Origin: Bacteroidota bacterium
GTDB taxonomy: Bacteria > Bacteroidota > Bacteroidia > Palsa-965
DNA: 64,000 bases
Assembly (NCBI GenBank): GCA_003153435.1
Contig: PLYR01000104.1
Location: 2,796-66,795 of the forward strand
Direction: 5' to 3'
This document shows positions 26,858 through 36,707 of the stretch, one piece after another. The position numbers and the translations under genes were made by a program. Each line of letters opens with the position of its first letter. Positions within the stretch are counted from its first letter, which is position 1. The notes below the pieces were generated by a model that was not told the DNA's origin, did not search any database, and saw nothing but the letters and a program-made list of their open reading frames with translations.

Positions 26858-27673
26858 ATGATTTTAAAAGGTAAACGCGGAATTATCAGCGGCGCTTTAG
26901 ATGCCAATTCAATTGCCTGGAAAGTAGCGCAAAAAGCACATGCACAGGGCGCCAAAATTGTGTTGACAAATGCACCTGTAGCGATGCGGATGGGAGAAAT
27001 AAAAAAGCTTTCGACCGAAACAGGAGCAGAGATCATTCCGGCTGATGCAACCAGTATGGAAGACCTGACGAACTTATTCACAAAATCGCAGGAGATTTTG
27101 GGTGGGAAAATCGATTTCGTCCTTCACTCTATTGGGATGTCACCCAATATCCGCAAAAATATTCCGTATACAGAACTTAATTACGACTATTTTATGAAGA
27201 GCCTGGATATCTCTGCTCTCTCTCTTCATAAAATGCTCAGTGCCGCCTATAAGATAGACGCCATTAGTGAGTGGGGCTCTGTGGTGGCTCTTTCCTATAT
27301 AGCTGCACAAAGGACTTATCCATTCTATACCGATATGGCTGATGCAAAAGCGGCACTTGAATCTATCACCCGGAGCTTTGGTTATCATTATGGAAAGGCG
27401 AAAAAAGTCAGGGTTAATACGGTCTCACAATCACCCACTAAAACTACTGCCGGAAATGGAATTAAAGGATTTGAAAATTTTTACAACGTCGCAGATTCCA
27501 TCTCTCCACTAGGAAATGCCAGTGCAGATTCCTGCGCTGATTTCTGCATGACTCTCTTTTCTGATTTTACCAGAATGGTTACCATGCAGAATCTGTTTCA
27601 TGACGGGGGCTACTCCAATACGGGTATCAGTATGGAGCTCATGGAAATCTTTGAGAAGGGGGCAGGTAAATAA
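26858..27673 (+). CDS. fabI: Enoyl-ACP reductase
   Basis: GALDANSIAW, DFVLHSIGMS, YIAAQR...YTDMADAKAALES, VTMQNLFHDGG. Confidence 0.93.
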   Translation: MILKGKRGIISGALDANSIAWKVAQKAHAQGAKIVLTNAPVAMRMGEIKKLSTETGAEIIPADATSMEDLTNLFTKSQEILGGKIDFVLHSIGMSPNIRKNIPYTELNYDYFMKSLDISALSLHKMLSAAYKIDAISEWGSVVALSYIAAQRTYPFYTDMADAKAALESITRSFGYHYGKAKKVRVNTVSQSPTKTTAGNGIKGFENFYNVADSISPLGNASADSCADFCMTLFSDFTRMVTMQNLFHDGGYSNTGISMELMEIFEKGAGK

Positions 27674-27754
27674 TTTTACTCTTCCGGGTAATAATTAAGG
27701 CTAAATACGGTTATTATTCACAGGATGCTTGGTAAAGCTTAAATCTCTTTTCCC

Positions 27755-28447
27755 TTGTCAAGACAAATCATCATAGGTATTTTCCTGGCATTGATCACCT
27801 CTGCAACCTTTGCCCAAGATGCAGGAAATGACGAAGATGTCAGAAAGGCTATTTATAGCCCCTACCGACTGACGCTCCGAGGAAACGGCCTCATTCCGCA
27901 TCCGATGTTTAATCCGGCCTTTAAGAGAAGCTTTGATGGGATCTATGATGCCACTTTTTCCCTCGATCTTGAATTAAAAAAAGGATTTAACATCGGCTTG
28001 ATGTACAAGAACTCAGGATTTCAGACACCGGCCGATAAAATTGCCCAACTCAATACCAAGCAGCAATATAATGTTGGAGGAATCAGACTTGGCTATGATT
28101 ATTTTATGAGCTCTGTTTCCGTATTCTCCATGGCTGTGAATGCAGGTCAATGCTACATCACTTCTTATGATATCATCCCGCTTAAAGAAACACACCCGAT
28201 TGTAAACCACAACCAAGGGGTATATGTCGAGCCGGAATTATCAGTATCATTTTATACGGATGAACAGTTTGCGTTGGGTTTTAACCTCAGTTATGAGATC
28301 ATCGGCGTACAATTCGACCCTTACAGTCTCGGGCTGGATCAGCATGGGATCAGTTACTCCGACAGCGATCTTCATGGATATACCCAAAATCTGAGTATAG
28401 GATTCCACTTCGTATATTCATTTTTGAAAAAGAAGAAAAGGAAGTAA
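27755..28447 (+). CDS. Putative small outer-membrane beta-barrel protein
   Basis: Signal peptide TFA|Q, alternating amphipathic strands, terminal IGFHFVYSF plus basic tail; TTG start. Confidence 0.7.
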   Translation: MSRQIIIGIFLALITSATFAQDAGNDEDVRKAIYSPYRLTLRGNGLIPHPMFNPAFKRSFDGIYDATFSLDLELKKGFNIGLMYKNSGFQTPADKIAQLNTKQQYNVGGIRLGYDYFMSSVSVFSMAVNAGQCYITSYDIIPLKETHPIVNHNQGVYVEPELSVSFYTDEQFALGFNLSYEIIGVQFDPYSLGLDQHGISYSDSDLHGYTQNLSIGFHFVYSFLKKKKRK

Positions 28448-28461
28448 AAGGTGCTTAATGC

Positions 28462-28499
28462 AAAAGCTCCCTGATGCATCAAGCAACAGGGAGCTTTTT
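28462..28499. terminator. Bidirectional intrinsic terminator between convergent genes
   Basis: AAAAGCTCCCTG...CAGGGAGCTTTTT. Confidence 0.88.
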
Positions 28500-28512
28500 A
28501 GTTATTTCAGAT

Positions 28513-29046
28513 TCAAAATCCTTCTTTGGAAGAAGCCTTCTGCTCAATCAGCAATCCTACACAACCTCCATCAACTTCCTGGCTGCTCTTATTCTTTGCG
28601 GTAGTGTTCTTTTCTGCAGTTTTCTTGTTGTCATTTCCCTTGGCGCCTCCAGAAGGTGCTTCGCCACCGGCAGTTACTGTAACGATCACATTTCTTGTGG
28701 TAGCACAGGTGAATTCGATATGCTGAGCCCTATCGTCAGTAGCGTTATCATAGATCACCTCTCCAGTCTTAGCATCCTTGATGGTGATCATTAATTCTCC
28801 TTTGCCGAGAGATTTTTCATTGCACATGCTCAAGGAGTAATCATTGTCTTTGTAGATCACAATCTTTATTTCGGACGACATCCCATATTCAAAAAGTCCG
28901 CTTTTTGACTGGGAATTGTACACCCAGCCCTGATCAGCTCCTGATTTGCATGCTTTCTTGTGATAACCCGTACAGGATTGTCCAAAGACTGAACCCGCTG
29001 AAAGGAGAAGGGCTGCGAAAAGGATGGAGAAAATTGATTTGTTCAT
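28513..29046 (-). CDS. Secreted hypothetical protein (Cys-containing beta-sandwich)
   Basis: Signal peptide VFG|Q; CTGYHKKAC, DYSLSMC, VIYDNA, GCVGLLI. Confidence 0.85.
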   Translation of the reverse strand: MNKSIFSILFAALLLSAGSVFGQSCTGYHKKACKSGADQGWVYNSQSKSGLFEYGMSSEIKIVIYKDNDYSLSMCNEKSLGKGELMITIKDAKTGEVIYDNATDDRAQHIEFTCATTRNVIVTVTAGGEAPSGGAKGNDNKKTAEKNTTAKNKSSQEVDGGCVGLLIEQKASSKEGF

Positions 29047-29067
29047 GAGGAATGAATTGAGTCGTGA

Positions 29068-29979
29068 TTAGTTCTGAGTAATAGATTTGCGAATAGCAGA
29101 AGTCTTGTCCACAATAACCTTATAGAGTTCGGACGTTATGCCAATCTTTCCAGTACCACCGCCCAGGACACGTTTTCCTTTTTTACCGCTCAAAGTGACT
29201 GGCCCTTTGGGATCTTCAATTTTATCAAAATCTGATTTTAAATCAACCAATTGTTTTAATACAGAGGCTACGTCTGCATCGCTCTGATATTTTTTCATAA
29301 AATCGATCAGATTATCCAGCGTGTATTTCTGTTCAGCTACACGGGTAATCACTGGACTGTCTTTTTTATAGGTTGGCTCCATACTGGTCACCATGAAAAC
29401 ACTCTCAATCCACCCTCCAGCCATAACCAAAGCAAGCGTGTTTCCTCTTTCATTGCTTTCCAGGTGATCAAAAGTTGTGAAGTATAAATCATTTGAAATT
29501 GCAGCAAGTGAATCAGGAGAACCGATATTGGCTGAGATACGAGTGGCAGTCTGTTCATTGATGGCAGTTGAAATACCAATTTCATCTCCCAGCTTTTTGA
29601 TATCCACAAAGTATTTCAACGCTTCTGCACCGTGATTGAAGGTGCTGCAAAACAACAGATCGGCAGAATAAACACCAAAATTCAAGGAGCGAGATTTATT
29701 ATCATTGTATTTTTTCTTGTTTTCCGTGCTATTGAGTTTGGATACGTCATCCACACCCTTCGTTCCCAACTGTTTAATAAACGAAAACATTTCACCTGGA
29801 GAAGGAACCTGAGAATATTTCTGGACTTCTCCCGGGTTTTTAGGGGTAGGCTTAGAGGCTGTGGTATCTATTGGGGTCTCCGTGTTATCAGAAGCAGTTT
29901 TATTACCACATCCGAAAGAAAGAAGGGAGGCAGTGATTAAAACAGGAGCGATTTGTGAGAAAATTGTGACCTTCTTCAT
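29068..29979 (-). CDS. Hypothetical all-helical lipoprotein
   Basis: Lipobox SFGC; VPSPGEM, LNFGVYSADL, MAGGWIES, RVAEQK. Confidence 0.85.
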   Translation of the reverse strand: MKKVTIFSQIAPVLITASLLSFGCGNKTASDNTETPIDTTASKPTPKNPGEVQKYSQVPSPGEMFSFIKQLGTKGVDDVSKLNSTENKKKYNDNKSRSLNFGVYSADLLFCSTFNHGAEALKYFVDIKKLGDEIGISTAINEQTATRISANIGSPDSLAAISNDLYFTTFDHLESNERGNTLALVMAGGWIESVFMVTSMEPTYKKDSPVITRVAEQKYTLDNLIDFMKKYQSDADVASVLKQLVDLKSDFDKIEDPKGPVTLSGKKGKRVLGGGTGKIGITSELYKVIVDKTSAIRKSITQN

Positions 29980-30003
29980 GGCGGTTCGGGATTATAATGC
30001 GAG

Positions 30004-30011
30004 CAAAAATA
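30004..30011 (-). promoter_or_regulatory. -7 element (TATTTTTG) for the lipoprotein/secreted protein pair
   Basis: TAnnTTTG match 24 nt upstream of ATG 29979. Confidence 0.6.
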
Positions 30012-30091
30012 GAATAATTTTCAATTCTTAAGGCTATTTATACAAAATCATATCATAAATGTACCGAGCAAGGGTCACTTCCAGGTAAAAT

Positions 30092-31294
30092 TTACTGCGC
30101 TGCGGCTTTCAGTGCAGATTTTAATGCATCTAAGTTTGATTCTTTCAGGCTGACTTTTTCTTTAGCTTCGGCTGAAGTGGTAAATTGCTCTGAATAAAAA
30201 TAAATCTTGCCTTCTTTTTCCCCATAAACCACCAGAGAAGCCTGCTTCCCAAGAGGCAAGTGAGGGAATAATAGTTCTTTGGATTCGGGTACCAGCACAG
30301 CATCTAGCACCTTACTTTCCCCACCTACAATGATCCTGGCAGTTACAGGGAAGTTAGCAGAAACTTTAAGAGAAAGACTTCCTTTGGCAGGTGCTTTGTC
30401 TGGAGCAGCACAAGCAATCCAGTGAAGTACAGGGGAGGAGATCGTATACTGATGATCAACATGGGCCGCAGCGTTAATAGGGTCAAAAGCATGCAAAATA
30501 AGCAGACCATCTGTCAATTCTCCGGTATATAAAGCAGCATCGCTCAACTCCTGAGTGTTCTGGAAGTTAATACTGATCATTTTGCCTTTTTTTAGTCGGA
30601 CTTCCTTATTTCCACAAATGGCCTTTACCCATAAAATACCGGCAGCATTCAAACTTTCATTATCACTCATAGTAATCAACCCTCCACCAGAGATATCAGA
30701 GAGTTTCGGGAATTCCTGGATCTCTAATTTAATATCACTGACAACGGCCAGTCCATTCTTATATTCAAAGGAGCCCGGAGTGAATTTAAGAACCGTTCCT
30801 CCAGCACAATTAACTGAAATATCCTGGAGGGCTGAAGGGAAAGAAAAAACCTGTTTGGCCGGATACTGCAGATCCAGCTCATTGGCCCTGGAATACTGAG
30901 CTGTGCTCAAGGCTTTGTATACTTCAATATCATATACCAAAAGGTTCTTCATATCATCACTGATGAACCCTTTAACTTCCCTGCCTGGAGTCTTGATTAC
31001 TTTTAAATTGGAAGCAGGAATTCCTTCCTGCAGAAAAAAGTTAGTAATTTCTAAAGAACGCTTCCTGTTCAGCTCATTGATCAATCCCTTATTTTTCGCC
31101 TCGTCATGAATTAGGATTCGGATTGAAATTTTGTCCCCCGCATGCATCCCATCCAGGCATTTTTGAAGCAAATCAACATTTTCATTGCTCAGTCTGAAAC
31201 TGTCAATCGGAAAATACAGATTTCTTGCCAGTGTTTGACTTGTAAGCTGAAGACAGGAAAGAGCCAGAACCAGTAGGAAAATAAGACGTTTCAT
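30092..31294 (-). CDS. Secreted hypothetical protein with a degenerate OmpA-C-like N-terminal domain
   Basis: Signal peptide LTS|Q; LYFPIDSFRLS...NELNRKRSLEITNFFLQEGI resembles the OmpA-C fold but lacks GHTD. Confidence 0.7.
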   Translation of the reverse strand: MKRLIFLLVLALSCLQLTSQTLARNLYFPIDSFRLSNENVDLLQKCLDGMHAGDKISIRILIHDEAKNKGLINELNRKRSLEITNFFLQEGIPASNLKVIKTPGREVKGFISDDMKNLLVYDIEVYKALSTAQYSRANELDLQYPAKQVFSFPSALQDISVNCAGGTVLKFTPGSFEYKNGLAVVSDIKLEIQEFPKLSDISGGGLITMSDNESLNAAGILWVKAICGNKEVRLKKGKMISINFQNTQELSDAALYTGELTDGLLILHAFDPINAAAHVDHQYTISSPVLHWIACAAPDKAPAKGSLSLKVSANFPVTARIIVGGESKVLDAVLVPESKELLFPHLPLGKQASLVVYGEKEGKIYFYSEQFTTSAEAKEKVSLKESNLDALKSALKAAAQ

Positions 31295-31317
31295 AGAATG
31301 GAGCTGATGGATCTGGT

Positions 31318-31325
31318 CAAATATA
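31318..31325 (-). promoter_or_regulatory. -7 element (TATATTTG)
   Basis: TAnnTTTG match 23 nt upstream of ATG 31294. Confidence 0.6.
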
Positions 31326-31414
31326 TGACAAAATGTTCAACCGGAGTTTATGGAATCCTGTTTTCCAGTGCATCATAGGGGAAAATCCGGTATTCACCTT
31401 CTAAAAAAGAAACC

Positions 31415-32461
31415 ATGACCAACAACGACATCTTCCAAAGAATCAGTATTCCAGAGCCCTGCCATGAGAACTGGAACCAAATGACACCCGATCAAAAAGG
31501 TGCTTTTTGCAAGGTTTGCAATAAATCTGTTCATGATTTTAGCCAGAAAACGGCCCTCGAAGTGGAAGAAATATTAGTAAAAGAGGGAGAAGGAAAAGTA
31601 TGTGGACGGTTCAGCACTCACCAGCTCGCACCCCCAAAGGATTTAGAAATACCATACAATCTGCTACCTAGAAATATCTCTCCATTCAGAGCATTTGCAT
31701 TAGCAGTATTCCTTGTTTTTGGTACAGCTTTGTTTGGAATCGTTGATGCGTCCGGGCAGGAATTGATGGGAAAGGTTTGCATTCGTAAGACTCCTCCGGA
31801 GCCTGTCAAGAAGACGGAGCAATCAGAAATGATCAAGGGAGATGTCAAGCGGATTGAAAAAGTAAAGCCAACGGAAGAACATACCATGAAAACAATGGGA
31901 GTTGTTTCCAGGAAGCCTGTTGTTCCAAAGTCAGAGGTTCCATTGATTAACACCGGTGATAATGATACAGTCAGCACAAAGAAAAAAGCTATACTAGCAG
32001 TACAACCGAAGACTGTATCAGATCCCATCATTGGTTGCGATAATTATACGGTAGGCGAAATGGTTATTCAACCCTTTAAAAAAGACACGGTTATAGCTCA
32101 AAAAGTAATTGAATCTGACAAGAAATCTATAAAAGACTCAATTCCTGCGGAAGAGAAGGTCCGGAAAGTGGAGGAGCCTAACATGGTTCCTGATGAAGCA
32201 TCTTTAGCAATCTCCTGTTTCCCGAATCCAAGCAATGGCAACGTTACTCTTCGCTACTCGGTTACTGATCGAACAGATGTTACCGCTGAGCTAGTGGATG
32301 TTCAGGGACGACTCGTCAAAACCCTCTTTCGTGTTCCAGGTCATTACCAGGGAATCTATAATGTAGCGCTCGACTTGAATGACCTGCCAAATGGTGCTTA
32401 CCTGGTTAGGGTAATTATGTTGAATCAAACCCTTACTACCCGGTTTATCTTAAATAAATAG
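31415..32461 (+). CDS. T9SS C-terminal-domain protein with N-terminal Cys/His-rich domain and internal signal/TM segment
   Basis: IPEPCHENWNQM...FCKVCNKSVHDF...VCGRF; hydrophobic AFALAVFLVFGTALF; CFPNPS...LPNGAYLV CTD. Confidence 0.85.
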   Translation: MTNNDIFQRISIPEPCHENWNQMTPDQKGAFCKVCNKSVHDFSQKTALEVEEILVKEGEGKVCGRFSTHQLAPPKDLEIPYNLLPRNISPFRAFALAVFLVFGTALFGIVDASGQELMGKVCIRKTPPEPVKKTEQSEMIKGDVKRIEKVKPTEEHTMKTMGVVSRKPVVPKSEVPLINTGDNDTVSTKKKAILAVQPKTVSDPIIGCDNYTVGEMVIQPFKKDTVIAQKVIESDKKSIKDSIPAEEKVRKVEEPNMVPDEASLAISCFPNPSNGNVTLRYSVTDRTDVTAELVDVQGRLVKTLFRVPGHYQGIYNVALDLNDLPNGAYLVRVIMLNQTLTTRFILNK

Positions 32462-32518
32462 GAAAAGGCTGGGCCGGATCGGAGGATTTAAACTTTTGTT
32501 CGGCCCACTTGCTTTTCT

Positions 32519-32526
32519 TACCTTTG
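32519..32526 (+). promoter_or_regulatory. -7 element (TACCTTTG)
   Basis: TAnnTTTG match 28 nt upstream of ATG 32555. Confidence 0.6.
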
Positions 32527-32554
32527 TTTAGCGTCCCCGCAACAAAGGAAAAAA

Positions 32555-33271
32555 ATGAAACATCTTACCAGATTATTAATTGGGACGTGGCTTTGTATGG
32601 CCGGCATCCTGCCTGCCAAAGCAATTTACACCACTAATCCTTCTTCTCAGCGCGATTCCGTAGTCCGAATTTCAGTAGGAGGAGGGATGGTATTCTCCAC
32701 TGTAAATGTTGGATTGGAACCTGTGGGGGAAATCAAATCGGCAATCAATGGAAGGTTGAATGTAAAGTTTAGAAGAAGACTGGGGCTTTCAACCGAGTTT
32801 ACCAATCAATTCCAACATGATGCCCTCCCGGCCTGGGGGATGATTTCTTCCAGAACCTTCGATTTTAACCTAAACTACATGTATTTTCATGTGGCTCAAA
32901 CCAGTTCCATGTTCTATGGGCTGATCGGAGCTTGTTTCCAACAATGGAAGGGTACCTATCTGGGTACTCCTGCCTTTGCCAAGGATATCTATGATTACCA
33001 TATTGGGGAACAGAAAAGCTTTAATTTCCCAAGCGTTAACCTGGGTATAGGGTTTGAACGTTTCTACAAACATGTAGGGATATTCGGAGAGTTTAAGTTC
33101 AGGTTCGGCCAGAACTTTGTTTCTGATTCATTTGGTATAGTCGATGTCTGTGTCAGCCTGGGGACTAAAATCAATCTTATTACCGTTGATCCCAGGCCCA
33201 GAACATCCTCTACTTCTAAAAATCGTAACCATAAAATGAAGATTAAACCCAAAATTTATCACTGGTTTTAA
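32555..33271 (+). CDS. Putative outer-membrane beta-barrel protein
   Basis: Signal peptide AKA, alternating strands (SVNLGIGFERF, GIFGEFKFRF), basic C-terminal tail ending YHWF. Confidence 0.7.
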   Translation: MKHLTRLLIGTWLCMAGILPAKAIYTTNPSSQRDSVVRISVGGGMVFSTVNVGLEPVGEIKSAINGRLNVKFRRRLGLSTEFTNQFQHDALPAWGMISSRTFDFNLNYMYFHVAQTSSMFYGLIGACFQQWKGTYLGTPAFAKDIYDYHIGEQKSFNFPSVNLGIGFERFYKHVGIFGEFKFRFGQNFVSDSFGIVDVCVSLGTKINLITVDPRPRTSSTSKNRNHKMKIKPKIYHWF

Positions 33272-33344
33272 TCAGTTGTGTGATCCAAATAAACTTCCCG
33301 GTTTACCACTCATCAAGTATTTCATCCCTTTTTTGTAATTCTTC

Positions 33345-33352
33345 TACCTTTG
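33345..33352 (+). promoter_or_regulatory. -7 element (TACCTTTG)
   Basis: Overlaps the ORF-track TTG start, supporting ATG 33374. Confidence 0.6.
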
Positions 33353-33373
33353 GTGAAGTCCAAAACTTCCACC

Positions 33374-36300
33374 ATGAAAAACATTTCCTATTTCTTCTTG
33401 TGTTTAGTGTCATTCCCAATCCATGATGCCCTTGCGCAGACTAAAGGACCAGGCAAGCAGCCGGCCTCCGAAGTATCAGCTTTTAACAGCGGGACTTTCG
33501 CAGGTCTAAGCTTACGGAATGTTGGCCCAGCGGTCACCTCCGGCAGAATCCTGGATATTGCAGTGAATCCGAAGAAACATAGTGAATACTACCTCGCAAC
33601 TGCAGGCGGAGGAGTATGGAAAACCATTAATTCGGGGATTACCTTTTACCCTGTATTCGACAAAGAAGCTTCCTTTTCCATAGGCTGTATCAGCCTGGAT
33701 CCTTCAAATCCAAACATTGTCTGGGTAGGAACCGGTGAAAATAATAATCAAAGAAGCGTCTCTTATGGAGATGGTATTTACAAATCCGAAGATGGGGGAA
33801 AGTCCTTTAAAAACATGGGGCTTAAGAATTCAGAGCATATAGGCATGATTACGGTTGACCCACATAATTCCGAGATCGTGTATGTTGCTGCCTATGGCCC
33901 ACTTTGGTCTTCAGGTGGTGACAGAGGGATTTATAAAACCATTGACGGAGGAAAGACCTGGAAGCAGGTGCTCTCCATAAGCGAGAATACAGGATGTAAT
34001 GAGATTCACTTAGACCCCAGGAATAGCCAGGTGCTTTATGCATGTGCCCATCAGCGTAGAAGACATGAATGGACCTATATCAGCGGTGGTCCGGAATCAT
34101 CACTTTATAAGAGTATAGACGCAGGACAGACCTGGAATAAGATAGTGAACGGGTTTCCTTCAGAGGATCTTGGTCGTATTGGCCTGGCAATTTCACCGGT
34201 GAATCCAGACTTCCTTTATGCAATTGTAGAAACAGCAGGAGATAAAGGTGGGGTTTTCGTTTCTACCGACAGGGGTGCGAGCTGGGATCGTCGAAACCCA
34301 ATGTATACAGCAGGGAATTATTACTCTGAAATTATTGCTGATCCAGTAAATCTGCACCGCATCTATGTTTTGAATACAATCAATCAGGTCTCGGATGATG
34401 GGGGGAAAACTTTTTCTGCCCTCGGTGAAAAGGATAAGCATGTTGATAACCATGCATTATGGATTGATCCATCCAATACTAAACATTACCTCGCCGGATG
34501 CGACGGGGGGCTTTATGAAAGCTATGATGGTGCCCAGAACTGGAATTTTAAAGGAAACCTGCCCATTACTCAGTTCTATAAAGTGGCCCTCGACAATGCA
34601 ACTCCATTCTATAATATATATGGTGGAACACAAGACAATAATAGTCTGGGTGGCCCTTCCAGAACCGTAAGTGCTTCCGGAATCATTAATGCCGATTGGT
34701 TCGTAACGACTGGGGGAGATGGATTTGAATCTCAGGTTGATCCACAGGATCCGAATATAGTTTATGCTCAATCTCAGTATGGAGGCTTGGTGCGTTATGA
34801 TAGAAAGAGTGGTGAAGCTATTGATATTAAACCTATAGAAGGTGCCGGTGAGCCAGGTCTAAGATGGAACTGGGATGCTCCTTTGCAAGTAAGCGCCCAT
34901 CAACATACACGCATTTATTTTGCAGCTAACAAACTTTTCAGAAGTGATGACAGAGGTGATAATTGGCACGCCATTAGTCCCGATCTGACACGGCAGCTGG
35001 ACAGAAATAAACTTCCGGTTATGGGTAAAGTCTGGAGCATAGATGCAGTAGCCAAAAACCAAAGTACTTCCATTTATGGAAATATCCTGGCATTCAGCGA
35101 ATCACCAATAAAAGAGGATCTTTTGTATGCCGGGACTGATGATGGATTAATTCAGATTACTTCAGATGGAGGAAAGAACTGGTCGCGAGTGGATAAGTTT
35201 CCAGGTATACCGGAGTATAGCTTTGTTGGATTTTTGCTTGCTTCCCAACATAAAGAAAGTGTGGTGTATGCAGCGTTTAATAATCACCGCATGGGAGATT
35301 TTAAACCCTATATCTTCAAGAGCACCGATCAGGGTAAAAGCTGGATTAGTATCAGCTCGAATCTCCCTGAAAGAGGATCAGTGTATAGCATTGCAGAAGA
35401 CTTTGTAAACCCGGACCTCCTATTTGCAGGCACTGAATTTGGATTATTTTTCAGTGTAGACGGCGGAAAGAAATGGACCCAATTGAAAGGAGGAATGCCT
35501 ACTGTACCCGTACGTGACCTTGCTATTCAGAAACGTGAAAGCGATTTGGTTCTGGCCTCTTTTGGTAGAGGATTCTATGTGCTTGATGATTATTCACCCC
35601 TTCGTACTGTCAATGCGGAGTTACTGAATCAGGCAGCATGCATCTTTCCAATTAAGGACGGTTTGATGTTTATACCATCTACTCCCTATGGTCACAGGGG
35701 AAAAGCATTCCAGGGTGAAAGCTTTTATACTGCCGAGAATCCTCCAATCGGAGCGATATTCACATATTACCTTAAAGACAATCTTAAAACACTGAAGCAG
35801 ACCCGGGAAGAACTGGAAAAGGAAAAAATTAAGAAAGGAGAACCGGTGGATTATCCTTCTTTTGATGCCATTAGGGCAGAGGATAATGAAGAGGCTCCGT
35901 ACCTTCTCTTTACCATCACAGATGAGAACAACAAGGTAATCCGTAGAATAAAAAGTGAAGGCAATAAAGGAATTAGCAGAATTACCTGGGACTTCAGATA
36001 TCCAAGCCCAAGTCCTTCTACCTACCCTGAACCTGATCTTAGTAATCCTTACTCAGACCCGGATCAGGGTCCGCTCGTATTACCTGGGAAATATGCCGTA
36101 GCACTTTCCAAATTCGAAGGGGGTAAATTCACTGAGCTTGTTCCCGCTCAGAAGTTTCAGACACAAGGACTGAATTTTGCCACCTTAGCTGCTCAGGATA
36201 AAAAATCTGTTTTGGCTTTCAACCAGAAAGTTGCAGAATTGAAAAGGGCGTTTAATGGATCAACCGCATACATGGAAGAGATGGAGAACCGGGTTGCTAA

Positions 36301-36670
36301 AATGCAAAAGTCAATCCTTAACAGTACTATAGCATCCCTTGCTATTTTGGATGAAACCAGATCCATTTCGATGGGACTGAAAAAACTTGAAGTAAAAGCA
36401 CAGGGTGATAAGAGTATTGCGAAGCGCGAATTTGAGGTGGCACCAAGTCTGAGTAACCGGGTTGATAACATTGTCTACAGTGCCTGGTTTGCTTCTTGTG
36501 ATCCAACAGGTACCTGCAAAAAGTCATTTGAAGTTGCTAAAACAGAATTCAGGACTTTCCTTGATGAATTGAAGGCTCTGGATACCAGACTCGGTAAAGT
36601 TGAAAAAGAACTTGAGCAAGATAAGACCCCATACACACCCGGAAGGTTCCCTGAATGGAAAGAGGAATAA
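33374..36670 (+). CDS. VPS10/sortilin-like BNR (Asp-box) repeat beta-propeller protein
   Basis: Signal peptide ALA|Q; RNVGPAVTSGRI; many S/TxDGGKTW Asp-boxes; C-terminal PGKY domain and helical tail. Confidence 0.92.
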   Translation: MKNISYFFLCLVSFPIHDALAQTKGPGKQPASEVSAFNSGTFAGLSLRNVGPAVTSGRILDIAVNPKKHSEYYLATAGGGVWKTINSGITFYPVFDKEASFSIGCISLDPSNPNIVWVGTGENNNQRSVSYGDGIYKSEDGGKSFKNMGLKNSEHIGMITVDPHNSEIVYVAAYGPLWSSGGDRGIYKTIDGGKTWKQVLSISENTGCNEIHLDPRNSQVLYACAHQRRRHEWTYISGGPESSLYKSIDAGQTWNKIVNGFPSEDLGRIGLAISPVNPDFLYAIVETAGDKGGVFVSTDRGASWDRRNPMYTAGNYYSEIIADPVNLHRIYVLNTINQVSDDGGKTFSALGEKDKHVDNHALWIDPSNTKHYLAGCDGGLYESYDGAQNWNFKGNLPITQFYKVALDNATPFYNIYGGTQDNNSLGGPSRTVSASGIINADWFVTTGGDGFESQVDPQDPNIVYAQSQYGGLVRYDRKSGEAIDIKPIEGAGEPGLRWNWDAPLQVSAHQHTRIYFAANKLFRSDDRGDNWHAISPDLTRQLDRNKLPVMGKVWSIDAVAKNQSTSIYGNILAFSESPIKEDLLYAGTDDGLIQITSDGGKNWSRVDKFPGIPEYSFVGFLLASQHKESVVYAAFNNHRMGDFKPYIFKSTDQGKSWISISSNLPERGSVYSIAEDFVNPDLLFAGTEFGLFFSVDGGKKWTQLKGGMPTVPVRDLAIQKRESDLVLASFGRGFYVLDDYSPLRTVNAELLNQAACIFPIKDGLMFIPSTPYGHRGKAFQGESFYTAENPPIGAIFTYYLKDNLKTLKQTREELEKEKIKKGEPVDYPSFDAIRAEDNEEAPYLLFTITDENNKVIRRIKSEGNKGISRITWDFRYPSPSPSTYPEPDLSNPYSDPDQGPLVLPGKYAVALSKFEGGKFTELVPAQKFQTQGLNFATLAAQDKKSVLAFNQKVAELKRAFNGSTAYMEEMENRVAKMQKSILNSTIASLAILDETRSISMGLKKLEVKAQGDKSIAKREFEVAPSLSNRVDNIVYSAWFASCDPTGTCKKSFEVAKTEFRTFLDELKALDTRLGKVEKELEQDKTPYTPGRFPEWKEE

Positions 36671-36707
36671 GAAAAAGAAAATTGGAATTTATGTCAATTC
36701 CTTAGAT

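Noticed and set aside
32462..32518. Imperfect hairpin after the T9SS gene as a terminator
   Set aside because: The loop is large, the stem is mismatched and the U-tract is weak, so it is not called.
33374..36670. Specific glycoside hydrolase (GH74/sialidase) assignment
   Set aside because: Only generic Asp-box repeats are visible; no family-specific catalytic residues could be confirmed.
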